DNA of 64,000 nucleotides from Longimicrobiales bacterium. GTDB lineage: Bacteria > Gemmatimonadota > Gemmatimonadetes > Longimicrobiales > Gaopeijiaceae. Shown here one piece after another: positions 55,127 through 64,000 of the stretch. The DNA is taken from the NCBI GenBank assembly GCA_965249725.1, contig CBDFMQ010000002.1:1984001-2048000 (forward strand). Reading direction: 5' to 3'. The notes beneath the pieces are model-generated. The model had not been told where the DNA came from. It saw nothing but the letters and a program-made list of their open reading frames with translations, and did not search any database. Position numbers and translations under genes: made by a program. Position 1 is the first letter of the stretch, and every line of letters begins with the position of its first letter.

Positions 55127-58100
55127 CGGATTCCCGCCCTCGGCGTGGGCTGGGCATCGCTCTGCCAGTAGAAGGGACCCGCCTCCCGCTGCCGAGGCCA
55201 AATCTCGTCCAGCGAATCACCATCGTAGAGTCTTCCGTCTTTCATGACTTGATCCACCGTATTCGTGTTTCGAAGATCCTGAAGCGGATTCCCGTCCAGG
55301 ATCACAAGGTCCGCCAGTTTGCCGGGTTCGACGGATCCGAGGTCTAGGTCCAGGCCGAGTGCCTCCGCACCGATCCGCGTAGCGATGGCCAGCGCCTCAT
55401 GCTCCGTCATGTCGCTCGAGGAGCCCACCAGCCAAAGCTCCCAGTGGTACCCCAACCCCTGAAGTTGTCCGTGACTCCCCACACCCGCACGCCCGCCTGC
55501 CTCGACCACGTCGTCGATGAAGTCGGAGATCTCTGAGAATATGAACTGGCTCTCGTGGAACCACCCCGACGGACCTGGGCCGGGCCGGGGGCGTCGCAAC
55601 GCCTTTCTCTGGATCTCCTCGAACGGAGTGAACGTCCGCAACTTCTGGTCATCGAGCACGTCTTCGGTGGCGTAGAAGTAGTTCTCACCCCAAGGTCCGC
55701 CGTAGGTGACGAGAAGGGTGGGCGTGGTCGCCATACCGGACTGCGCCACCAATTGCACTACATCGTCGTACAGGGGCACGCCGGGCAGATTGTGCTCCGT
55801 GCCCGAATACCCGTCGATGGCCATGGTCAGGTTGACCTTCAGGTCCAAGCCGCCCTCGGTGGTGGGCATGAGTTCCAACTCGCGCGCAGCATCGATGATC
55901 CACTGGCGCTGCTCGCGGTTGCCCGCCGCGTACATCTTGATGGTCTTGGTGTCGTAGTAGTTGCTGTAGCGTTTGAGCACACTAGTGGCGTGGTCCAGGC
56001 TCTTGATACGCTCCGAGCTGAATACGCCCGGTCCGGTGGAGTAGACCCTGGGGCCTAGTGCCGTGCCCGCCCGGACTCGGTCCTCGTACGACAGCACGTC
56101 CGTGGTCCCCGTTTGCGGGTCCCGAGCCGTCGTCACCCCGTAGGCCAGGTTCGCCGCGTAGGACCACGGTTGCACCCGGTGGAAACCATTGGCGGTCCGC
56201 AGGTGGGCATGAGTGTCGACGTAGCCCGGTACCACCGTCTTGCCCGTGATATCGATGACTTCGGCACCCTCGGGAACGGCCACTGCGCCTCGCGGCCCTA
56301 CCGACACGATCCGGTTTCCTTCTACGACCAGATCGGCGTTCTCGATGACCTCGTCGCCCCGCATGGTGATGACGCGCCCGCCGCGCAGGACGGCCGTGCT
56401 CTGGTGCGAGTCGCGTTGAATCTCGATGCTGATCCTTGTCTCCGCCGGCTCGTAGGCCGCGTCGTCCTCGTCACCTTCCTCATCTCCCTCGTCCTCCGCA
56501 GCAGGGTCGGCGTCTGGCGCGTCCTCCACCTCTGCCCGTGCCGCTGCGGCCACGCTGTCCTCGAACGCTTCGGCGGCATCCAGGTCGTAGACCACGTGGG
56601 CGTTGCCGATCGACCAGTGGACCGTCCGACCGTCACTGGCCCAGGCGGGGAACTGGCCCCCGATGTCGGTGAGCTTGCGCGCGGGGAACGATGCCTTGTC
56701 GGGATCGTCCACCGAGATGGTGGGGGTCTCACCACCGACCCTCGGTACCGTAACGACGTAGAGGTCGTGCAGTACCTGAGCCAGGGCCTGATCACCTGTG
56801 GGAGCCATCAGGACGAAGGATGCACGTTGAGGCTGCTCGGCTCCAGGCACGGTACCGCCCGTCACCTTCACGAGTCCCTTTCGGTCGGTCCCATCCCACC
56901 TCATCGAGATGAGCCCGTCGGTGCTGCTAGACGCGAAGATGCGCGCCGGGTCGTTCGTGAAGTGCGGCGCCGAGAGCGACCCCATGGGTGTGACCAACGT
57001 GGTGGGGCCACCTGCCGCCGGAATCCAAACGAGATCCTGTGGCTCGGTGGGGGAGCCACGCTCGATCGCCTCCTCGTACGCCCGTGCAGAGCCCTGTACC
57101 ACAAGGATCCGCTCGCCGTCCGGGGACCACTTGGGGGTGGTGTAGAGGCCCGCGGCTTCGGTCAACCGCTCCGCATCGCCGCTTCCGTTCGAACGGACTC
57201 TGTAGAGATGTCCCTGCGTGTCGTCGCGCCAACCGCTGAAGGCGATCCACTGACCGTCCGGAGACCAGGCAGGTTGGTGCTGCATGGCGTCGACGTCGGT
57301 GGCGAGCCGCTGTGGCGTACCGTCGGGATAGTCCATGACGTACAACTTGCTGAGCACGGTGAACGCCAGCCGCCCACCACCCGGTGCCGGAACCGCATCC
57401 CGGACTTGCTTGGCGATGAACGTCGGCGCGTTGTCGATCAGATAGTTGAAGTCCACCGACGGACCGATGGGGATATTCACGTCTACCACGAACTGCACTT
57501 GCGTCGGTTCGGAGCCGTCCACGGGGACTCGCCAGATGCCGCCGCCGTAGCTGACCACGACCTCGCGAGAGTCGGGCGTGAAGGACATTCCGGGGTAGGC
57601 GTCCCGACTCGCGCGGCTCTCCTGGTCGTCTCGTTGAACGGGGTGGGCGAGCCAGCGCTCCTCCCCGTTGGTGAGGTCTCGAATCCGGAGAGCCGTCTCG
57701 GCGACGTGCCGCGTCGCGTAGACCAACCAACGCCCGTCGGGCGACAGGGTCGGGCGGACCGCGCCGCCGTACCGGCTCGAGCGACTGAAGGTCTCTCCGG
57801 TCTCACGATCGTAGACCCTCAACTGATAGTCGCTCCCATCCGAGTTGTACTCCCAGGAGCCGGTCCTTTGGGCATACCAGACGAATCGCTCGTCGGAGCC
57901 GAACGCGGCGCCGGTGGCCCGAATACCGTCGTCGTCGTCCGAGGTGACCTCGACCCCGGATCCACCCTCCACATGGTACATCCAGATCTTTCCGGCTCCC
58001 GGGGGTCGCTTCGTGGCCAGGACGTAGTCCCCGTCGGGGGTCCATTCGGGCGACTGGTACGACGCGTCCTTCCCCTCGGTGACCTGGACCGTGTCGCTCT

Positions 58101-58494
58101 TGTCGAGCGAGATGATCCACACGTTCTCGCCACCGTCCCGGTCGGATGTGTAGACGACCCGCTGACCATCGGGACTGAACCGGGGCTGGCCGTCGAACGC
58201 CATTCCTTGGGTCAGCTGCGTGGGGACTCCGCCGGAGATGGGCATGGTGTACAGATCTCCAAGGAGGTCGAAAACGAGCATCCCCCCGTCCGGGCTCACG
58301 TCGATCGAGAGCCACGAGCCCTCAGTGAGGGTCGCTTGGACACGCCTTCCGACCTCGAGAGGCAGACCCTCCTGCTCGATGTCCTCCTCATCCCCTCCGG
58401 GTTCGGCCTGCCCTGCGAGGGGCGACGCCAGTCCCAGGAAAAGCGCCGACACCACGACCACTGACCCTCCGGCCACCATCTGTGCTCTGTTCAT
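55123..58494 (-). CDS. Secreted PD40/TolB-repeat amidohydrolase
   Basis: Signal peptide, many SPDG repeats, PGYVDTHAH, GSHGQLQG and GSVEPGKLADLVIL. ATG chosen at 58494. Confidence 0.88.
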   Translation of the reverse strand: MNRAQMVAGGSVVVVSALFLGLASPLAGQAEPGGDEEDIEQEGLPLEVGRRVQATLTEGSWLSIDVSPDGGMLVFDLLGDLYTMPISGGVPTQLTQGMAFDGQPRFSPDGQRVVYTSDRDGGENVWIISLDKSDTVQVTEGKDASYQSPEWTPDGDYVLATKRPPGAGKIWMYHVEGGSGVEVTSDDDDGIRATGAAFGSDERFVWYAQRTGSWEYNSDGSDYQLRVYDRETGETFSRSSRYGGAVRPTLSPDGRWLVYATRHVAETALRIRDLTNGEERWLAHPVQRDDQESRASRDAYPGMSFTPDSREVVVSYGGGIWRVPVDGSEPTQVQFVVDVNIPIGPSVDFNYLIDNAPTFIAKQVRDAVPAPGGGRLAFTVLSKLYVMDYPDGTPQRLATDVDAMQHQPAWSPDGQWIAFSGWRDDTQGHLYRVRSNGSGDAERLTEAAGLYTTPKWSPDGERILVVQGSARAYEEAIERGSPTEPQDLVWIPAAGGPTTLVTPMGSLSAPHFTNDPARIFASSSTDGLISMRWDGTDRKGLVKVTGGTVPGAEQPQRASFVLMAPTGDQALAQVLHDLYVVTVPRVGGETPTISVDDPDKASFPARKLTDIGGQFPAWASDGRTVHWSIGNAHVVYDLDAAEAFEDSVAAAARAEVEDAPDADPAAEDEGDEEGDEDDAAYEPAETRISIEIQRDSHQSTAVLRGGRVITMRGDEVIENADLVVEGNRIVSVGPRGAVAVPEGAEVIDITGKTVVPGYVDTHAHLRTANGFHRVQPWSYAANLAYGVTTARDPQTGTTDVLSYEDRVRAGTALGPRVYSTGPGVFSSERIKSLDHATSVLKRYSNYYDTKTIKMYAAGNREQRQWIIDAARELELMPTTEGGLDLKVNLTMAIDGYSGTEHNLPGVPLYDDVVQLVAQSGMATTPTLLVTYGGPWGENYFYATEDVLDDQKLRTFTPFEEIQRKALRRPRPGPGPSGWFHESQFIFSEISDFIDDVVEAGGRAGVGSHGQLQGLGYHWELWLVGSSSDMTEHEALAIATRIGAEALGLDLDLGSVEPGKLADLVILDGNPLQDLRNTNTVDQVMKDGRLYDGDSLDEIWPRQREAGPFYWQSDAQPTPRAGIR

Positions 58495-58512
58495 GAAGCT
58501 CGTTCCAACGAA

Positions 58513-58538
58513 AGCGTTTGCATACAGCGTTTGCATAC
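58513..58538. promoter_or_regulatory. Perfect 13-bp tandem direct repeat just upstream of the amidohydrolase (candidate operator)
   Basis: AGCGTTTGCATAC twice (58513-58525 and 58526-58538), about 20 bp from the start codon. Confidence 0.55.
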
Positions 58539-58834
58539 GAAGTAAGGCATCCCGCCACCCTTCCGGAAACCGGAAACACTGGCGGCGGGACTCCAAGATG
58601 GGACGAACGGCGCCGGCCGCTACCCTCGCTCTCCGAACCGCGCTAGAATCGGGGCACGGCGGTCGATTCGAGCTTCCGCCACAGGCGCGGCTCGCCGACG
58701 CGCCGTCGATGGATAGAAGAGCCGAAGCACTCCCGAACGAGGCCGAAATGCGTAGTTGCTCCACGTACACTCCTCCCCGGACGACTTCGGGGTGGAGCCG
58801 ATCGGGGGGAACTAGGCGCGGCTAGCGTTTCCTA

Positions 58835-59059
58835 CTAGCGCTTCCTGATCAGCACGGAGAGGACGATGCCTGCGGCGATCGCCAGGCCGAGTACCGTCTT
58901 GGCCGTTTCGCTGAGCCGGTTCTCCAGGTCTTCGATGGCCTCGCGGCCAGTCGGAGCCGCCGGATCCTGACTCATATGGACTGCACAGAACTCGGAGCCC
59001 TCAAGCGCGTTGAGCCGACACTGAGCCCCCTTTTTTGTCGTAGCGTTGCAGCGTGCCAC
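58835..59059 (-). CDS. Small protein with CCCH zinc-finger-like motif and C-terminal TM anchor
   Basis: AGGAGG RBS; C-x9-C-x10-C-x2-H motif (CNATTKKGAQC..EFCAVH); hydrophobic tail ending RKR. Confidence 0.7.
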   Translation of the reverse strand: MARCNATTKKGAQCRLNALEGSEFCAVHMSQDPAAPTGREAIEDLENRLSETAKTVLGLAIAAGIVLSVLIRKR

Positions 59060-59165
59060 CGACCAACCTCCTAACCGCTATCAGGCGAATCGCGTCGCCC
59101 GGTGTCTTTGGTTCCACACAAACATACGTACGAGCGGACGATCCGGATTCATCCCGAGGCCTCTT

Positions 59166-60711
59166 CTACCCGAACTCGATGCCCTGCGCCAGGGGCAGCT
59201 CCGTACTCCAGTTGACCGTGTTCGTCTGACGCCGCATGTAGGCCTTCCAAGCGTCCGATCCGCCCACCCCCCGTCTCCTTCTCACCACCAAAGGCCCCAC
59301 CGATCTCGGCACCGCTGGTGCCGATGTTCACGTTGGCGATCCCGCAGTCGCTTCCGCGGTGCGACAGGAAGTACTCGGCCTCGCGGACGTGGTCCGTGAA
59401 GATGGCGGAGGAGAGTCCCTGAGGGACGCCGTTGTGGATCGCCATGGCTTCGCCGAGCTCATCCACCGATCCCCTGGGCGAGGAGGATGCCTCCCCGTAT
59501 CCGATGATGTACAGGATCGGAGCGAACGTCTCTTCCTGTACGATGTCGTACTCGTTCTTGGCCGCAGCGATGCACGGGGTCACATAGTGACCACCCGGAT
59601 ACTCATCTCCTTCGAGTCGTTCGCCACCATAGAGCACGTCTCCACCCTCCTCTTGCACCCGTCGAACCGCACCAAGCAGGTCGTCTACGGCTCCATGATT
59701 CACGAGCGGACCCATGAGCGTTTCGGGGTCGCGCGGATCACCGATGCGCACTCCTTCATACGCGCGGATGAGCCGGCCCACCAACTCTTCCCGCATCGAC
59801 TCGTGCACGATGATGCGCCTCGTGCTCGTGCAGCGCTGGCCCGCGGTGCCGACCGAACCGAAGACGATGCCCGGCAAGGCAATGTCCAGGTTGGCATGCG
59901 GCGTGACGATGATCGCGTTGTTTCCGCCGAGCTCGAGGATGGACCTCCCCAGCCTCTTGCCCACGACTTCGGCAACGCGATAGCCGACGGCACAACTTCC
60001 GGTCGCGGACACGAGGGGGATGCGACGGTCGTGCAGCAGACGATCCCCGACGCTGGAGCCCTTCCCGACGGTGAGCGAGAAGATCGCCGGATCCACTCCG
60101 TTCTGCTCACAGACCTCCTGGGCAATCTTGGTCACGGCGATCGCCGTCAACGGCGTCTGGCTGGCCGGCTTCCACAGGACCGAGTCGCCGCAGACCGACG
60201 CCAGCGCCGCGTTCCAGCTCCACACCGCGACTGGGAAGTTGAAAGCACTGATGACACCCACCACCCCGAGAGGATGCCACTGCTCCATCATGCGGTGGTC
60301 CTGGCGCTCCGAGGCAATCGTGAGTCCGTAGAGCTGTCTGCTGAGTCCGGTGGCGAAGTCGCAGATGTCGATCATCTCCTGCACCTCGCCCTCACCCTCC
60401 GCCTGGATCTTCCCCATCTTGAGCGCGACCAATGCACCCAGATCTGTCTTCAACTCGCGAAGCCTATCGCCGATCTGTCGCACGACCTCGCCTCGCTGAG
60501 GCGCGGGTACGGTCCGCCAGTGGAGGAACGCCTCGTGGGCCCGGTCCACGATCCGATCGTACTCGTCCTCGGTGACCTGCTGCACCGTCCCGATGACCGA
60601 TCCGTCGATGGGGGTAGTGACCTGGAGTTCGGGGCCCGAGCCCAGCCACTCGTCGCAGAATCCTCCGAGGTTGTCGCTCTCGATGCCGAGGGTCTTCAAG
60701 ACGTCGCTCAT
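59166..60711 (-). pseudogene. ALDH7-type aldehyde dehydrogenase (alpha-aminoadipate semialdehyde / P6C dehydrogenase) with a C-terminal frameshift (real lesion or assembly error)
   Basis: AFNFPVAVWSWN, LELGGNN, GTAGQRCT, EETFAPI and [17 protein letters not shown]. The family-type tail [31 protein letters not shown] lies in another frame, with its stop at 59166. Confidence 0.75.
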
Positions 60712-61002
60712 GCAGTTTCCTATGCAGATATGGCCGACACAGGGGGCGTGCGACCGATCTATTCCGATGAGAAGCAGCAGGAAAGATGGCCGGTTCCTGC
60801 CGGGGTGTCCACGAGCGGAGAGACCGTGAAAACACCGCGGTCACAACCGGGTCCGGTCCGCCTTCCCGGCAATGGACGAACTCTCAGGCTCCAGGACGGT
60901 ATGAGAGGCGTCGGCGCCCGAGGGGGGCCACGGAATCCGCGGTGGACGGGGTGGGGACAGTGGTCGTCCGTGGCCTGAACCGCGCTTCATTGGAGGTCCA
61001 GC

Positions 61003-61962
61003 ATGTCTTTCCGTCATAGCACCGCCATCGCCCTCAGCCTGCTCCTCGTTACCGGATGCAGCTCCGACGGCGAAGCCGACGGGGGAGCCCGACGTGGAGC
61101 CCAGCGTGGAGCCCAACGTGCAGTGGAAACCGGAGCCGACCGGGCGGTAGGGGCGGCTATCGTAGCACCCGGCACGCTGTCGACCGATGCCGGGGAGTCC
61201 TGGATCAGCTTCGATCCGACCCAGCAGATAGCCGTGTTCGGTCGGCACGACTCAGGTTGGGGTGACCACACCGTCTACGTCGCTCGCCGCACGGCCGACG
61301 GCTGGACCGAACCGAGGGTGACCCCCTTCTCCGGGCAGTACGCCGACCGAGGGGCCCGCCTCACAGCCGACGGCGCCGTCCTGTTCTATTCGTCCAATCG
61401 GCCACGCGCCGACGAAGGTGAAGAGGCCCAGGACGACTTCGATATCTGGCTCATTCAGCTTCTGGCGGACGGCTGGGGACCGCCGCGACCGCTCCCCGCC
61501 CCCCTGAACAGCGATGCCAACGAGATCCACCCGTCCGTGGCCGTGGACGGGACGGTCTACTTCGCTTCGGATCGCGAAGGGGGACTCGGGCGGTCCGACC
61601 TCTATGCGGCCACGCCCGGTCCATCGGGCTATGCAGTGGAGTCTTTGGGACCCGTCGTGAATACCGAGCACTCCGAACCCGACGTTTACGTGGATCCTCA
61701 GCAGCGGTTCATCATCTTCGCCCGGACGGACGATCCGGAAGGGTACGGCGGGGATGACCTATGGTTCTCCATGCGCACCGAGGACGGTTGGTCGGCGCCT
61801 CGCAACCTGGGGCCGGAGGTCAACTCATCCGAGTACGAGTACGGCCCGACGCTCTCGGCAGATGGTCGCACGCTCTACTTCACGAGCCACAGAGACGGCG
61901 ATGCGGACATCTTCGCGATCGAAGCCGCACGGGCGGGGATTCAGGTCTCCGAGACCAACTGA
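61003..61962 (+). CDS. PD40/TolB-like beta-propeller lipoprotein
   Basis: GGAGG RBS, lipobox VTGC, and repeats LFYSSNRP, YFASDREGGLGRSDLY, GGDDLW and NLGPEVNS. Confidence 0.85.
   Translation: MSFRHSTAIALSLLLVTGCSSDGEADGGARRGAQRGAQRAVETGADRAVGAAIVAPGTLSTDAGESWISFDPTQQIAVFGRHDSGWGDHTVYVARRTADGWTEPRVTPFSGQYADRGARLTADGAVLFYSSNRPRADEGEEAQDDFDIWLIQLLADGWGPPRPLPAPLNSDANEIHPSVAVDGTVYFASDREGGLGRSDLYAATPGPSGYAVESLGPVVNTEHSEPDVYVDPQQRFIIFARTDDPEGYGGDDLWFSMRTEDGWSAPRNLGPEVNSSEYEYGPTLSADGRTLYFTSHRDGDADIFAIEAARAGIQVSETN
61084..61119. repeat. 12-bp tandem repeat GGAGCCCRRCGT x3
   Basis: Units GGAGCCCGACGT, GGAGCCCAGCGT and GGAGCCCAACGT; encode GARR/GAQR in the lipoprotein linker. Confidence 0.7.
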
Positions 61963-62016
61963 AGGCCAGCTCGACTCGACCGTGGCTCCGGGCTCGGGCC
62001 TTGGCGCAGAGCGCAA

Positions 62017-64000
62017 TCAGTTCCTGAACAGATACGACGTCTTGAAGAAGAGGCGCCGCTGCATCTCGCTGAACCGGTCGCTGGGATTGAACCGTCCGCC
62101 ATCCCATTCGGTCCTCTCGTAGAGGGACCCGTACCCCAGGTGCATCACCGTTCCCGGGATGTACGTGAACGAAGCGAGGAAGTCCGTGACCAACTCCTCG
62201 CGGAAGTCGTTGTACTCCACGATTCCCCGGAAGAAGAGGTACTTGTTCATCTGGTACGTGATCCGGCCGCGGAGGATGGGATAATCGTAGATCTTCTCCG
62301 AATCTGATTCCCGAAAGAAGTCCACGTAGGTCAGCCGGAACTCCGTATCGATATTCTGAGTCGGTCGCGCCCCGAACGTGGCGGACATGCGACGAGACCG
62401 GCCCTGGTACGGATCGGCTGAATAGAAGGGCGATTTCCCGCTTCGAAATACGGTGCCGACGTTGATGCGGTCCGAGAACTGATTGATGACGGTGAAGGAA
62501 TACCCGCCGGTGTCGAACTCATCTCCCAAGAAGATCTCAGTCGAATAGCCGAACTCTCCTGTCACCGTCAAGCTCCCGAACAAGAAGTTCGTGAGGCCGA
62601 CGCTGTTGGCGGTCTCCCAGCGGTCGCTCTCGACGTCTAGCGTCTGGGTGGTGGAGAGGTTCAGATCGATCCGACGCACCCAGTCGAGCTCCGGGTAGAA
62701 CTTGGGCTTGAGCTGGCCTCCGATCTGCCGCACGCCGGTTCGCGTGAGGAATCCCATGTCCACCTGGAAATTTTGGGAGATGTCCGTGTAGGCCACGTTG
62801 TAGTCGATGTTGCGGCTCGCCACTCCGAAGCGTGCACCAACGGCGTGCCCGCCGACCGTGGAGCCCAGTGTGGAGCCCAGTGTGGAGCCCAGTGTGGAGC
62901 CCGGTGTGGAACCGGGTAAGGACGGCCCGCCGGGGGTGTCGATCACGTCCCTCGTACGAGACATGAGGGCGTGGAATCCGATGGATCCGGAGGCGCTGAC
63001 ACGGAAGTAGCCGTCGGCGCCGGCGACCCGGTTGAACTGACCATCCAGCTCCCGTCCCGCGTAGATCCCTCCAACGTAGGTGTCGTCGTCGAGAGACCGC
63101 TTGTAGCGCACTACGGGCACGTGGGCATAGGCCGTCCCGCCGTCCGACGCAGCACCGGGCAGTTCGTCGGCCGCATAGACCGTCGCGATCGTATGATTGC
63201 TCCCCAGCCTACCCGAGACGCGTGCACCCGTGATGGGATCGACGACTCTCCTCGTGTAGAAGACCGAGCGAAGCGGATCCAGGCCCGACTTCGCGGTAGC
63301 GGCGATACCGAAGTGCTCGCGGCCCTCGAGGAAGAATGGTCTCTTCTCGGGGAAGAAGAGATCGAACCTGAGGTTCACGTCCACCTGTCCCGCGTCCGCC
63401 TCGATCTGACTGAAGTCGGGGTTGTAGGTCGCATCGAGAACCAAGTCGGAAGTGAGCCCGTACTTGGCCGTGAGGCTGAACTCCCCTTGCTCCTCGGTCG
63501 TGTTCAACCGCCCGGCCTCGTTGGCCTGGTCCACTCCGTAGGTACCCGCGGGCAGCAGCTCCAGGAGCCGATCGCTCTCGATTCCCCGGTACGAGAGCGG
63601 CTGCATTTGGTTCAGCCACTGCCCCGCCAAAGCCGGGTCCAACTCCGGAGCCGTGCCCTGCTGGGAGTTCCGGAAGACATGCCGCTCGAATATGACGCCC
63701 ATGCGCACCGGGTCCGTATCAGCGAAGCGGATGCTCTTGAGCGGGATGCTCATCTCGACCGTATAGCCGGTCTCGTCGATCCGGGCGCCACTATACCAGA
63801 CCATGTCGACGTTGCGGTCCTCCGTCCCCGATGCGAATCGGCCGTCCCCTTGGATGCCGAGGGCGTTGGAGTAGAACGCGTTGAGCGACTGTTGATCGCC
63901 AAAAGTATCGAGGTTCACGGCGACCCAGTCCTCCCCGAACATGTTGTCCCGGCTCGTCACCGTGGCCTTTAGCTGGTCCGGCTCAGGGTCGTACGCGCGA
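62017..64000 (-). CDS. DUF5916-like / CBM9-like outer-membrane protein, 5' end outside the window
   Basis: YTVEMSIPLKSIRF, LDATYNPDFSQIEAD, FFPEKRPFFLEG, FYTRR and a barrel-like terminus FFKTSYLF. Confidence 0.8.
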   Translation of the reverse strand, partial: RAYDPEPDQLKATVTSRDNMFGEDWVAVNLDTFGDQQSLNAFYSNALGIQGDGRFASGTEDRNVDMVWYSGARIDETGYTVEMSIPLKSIRFADTDPVRMGVIFERHVFRNSQQGTAPELDPALAGQWLNQMQPLSYRGIESDRLLELLPAGTYGVDQANEAGRLNTTEEQGEFSLTAKYGLTSDLVLDATYNPDFSQIEADAGQVDVNLRFDLFFPEKRPFFLEGREHFGIAATAKSGLDPLRSVFYTRRVVDPITGARVSGRLGSNHTIATVYAADELPGAASDGGTAYAHVPVVRYKRSLDDDTYVGGIYAGRELDGQFNRVAGADGYFRVSASGSIGFHALMSRTRDVIDTPGGPSLPGSTPGSTLGSTLGSTLGSTVGGHAVGARFGVASRNIDYNVAYTDISQNFQVDMGFLTRTGVRQIGGQLKPKFYPELDWVRRIDLNLSTTQTLDVESDRWETANSVGLTNFLFGSLTVTGEFGYSTEIFLGDEFDTGGYSFTVINQFSDRINVGTVFRSGKSPFYSADPYQGRSRRMSATFGARPTQNIDTEFRLTYVDFFRESDSEKIYDYPILRGRITYQMNKYLFFRGIVEYNDFREELVTDFLASFTYIPGTVMHLGYGSLYERTEWDGGRFNPSDRFSEMQRRLFFKTSYLFRN
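62858..62917. repeat. 12-bp tandem repeat GGAGCCCAGTGT x3 plus 2 degenerate units
   Basis: Units start at 62860, 62872, 62884, 62896 and 62908; they encode PGSTPGSTLGSTLGSTLGST on the minus strand. Confidence 0.8.

Noticed and set aside
56113..58464. 783-aa plus-strand ORF
   Set aside because: Antisense to the well-supported amidohydrolase; no recognisable domain.
59359..60978. 539-aa plus-strand ORF
   Set aside because: Antisense shadow of the aldehyde dehydrogenase.

Overview
GC-rich, gene-dense bacterial chromosomal window with about 50 CDSs. I saw no rRNA, tRNA, CRISPR array, transposase or phage genes. Gene content (PadR plus ADOP permease, PD40-amidohydrolase, DUF5916-like and DUF2723-like proteins, fused E1 alpha/beta) suggests a Gemmatimonadota-like organism; this is inference. 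Left to right: sufE; a form II-like coxSLM molybdenum hydroxylase cluster with coxD/coxE and a convergent xdhC-xdhC-mocA-coxG block; a single-domain Clp ATPase fused to a receiver domain; a rhodanese; class II ribonucleotide reductase nrdJ with tandem NrdR boxes; murQ-anmK-GT-C opposite M20 hydrolase-ggt-ABC exporter; PadR-ADOP; a minus-strand run ccdA/cls/speB/fur/nrnA containing a DedA-CoaE-PHP triple fusion; yyaL, E1, ndh, moeZ, DUF2723; OCD-family and FAD amine oxidase genes; a frameshifted ALDH7; PD40 and DUF5916-like proteins. Best candidates for new biology: (1) a D2-only Clp ATPase with an LGF ClpP-docking motif and an intact C-terminal receiver domain, a possible phosphorylation-gated protease partner; (2) the DedA-dephospho-CoA kinase-PHP phosphatase fusion next to nrnA. 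All family calls come from motif recognition by eye, with no database search. Start codons were re-chosen by eye where the ORF track over-extends.
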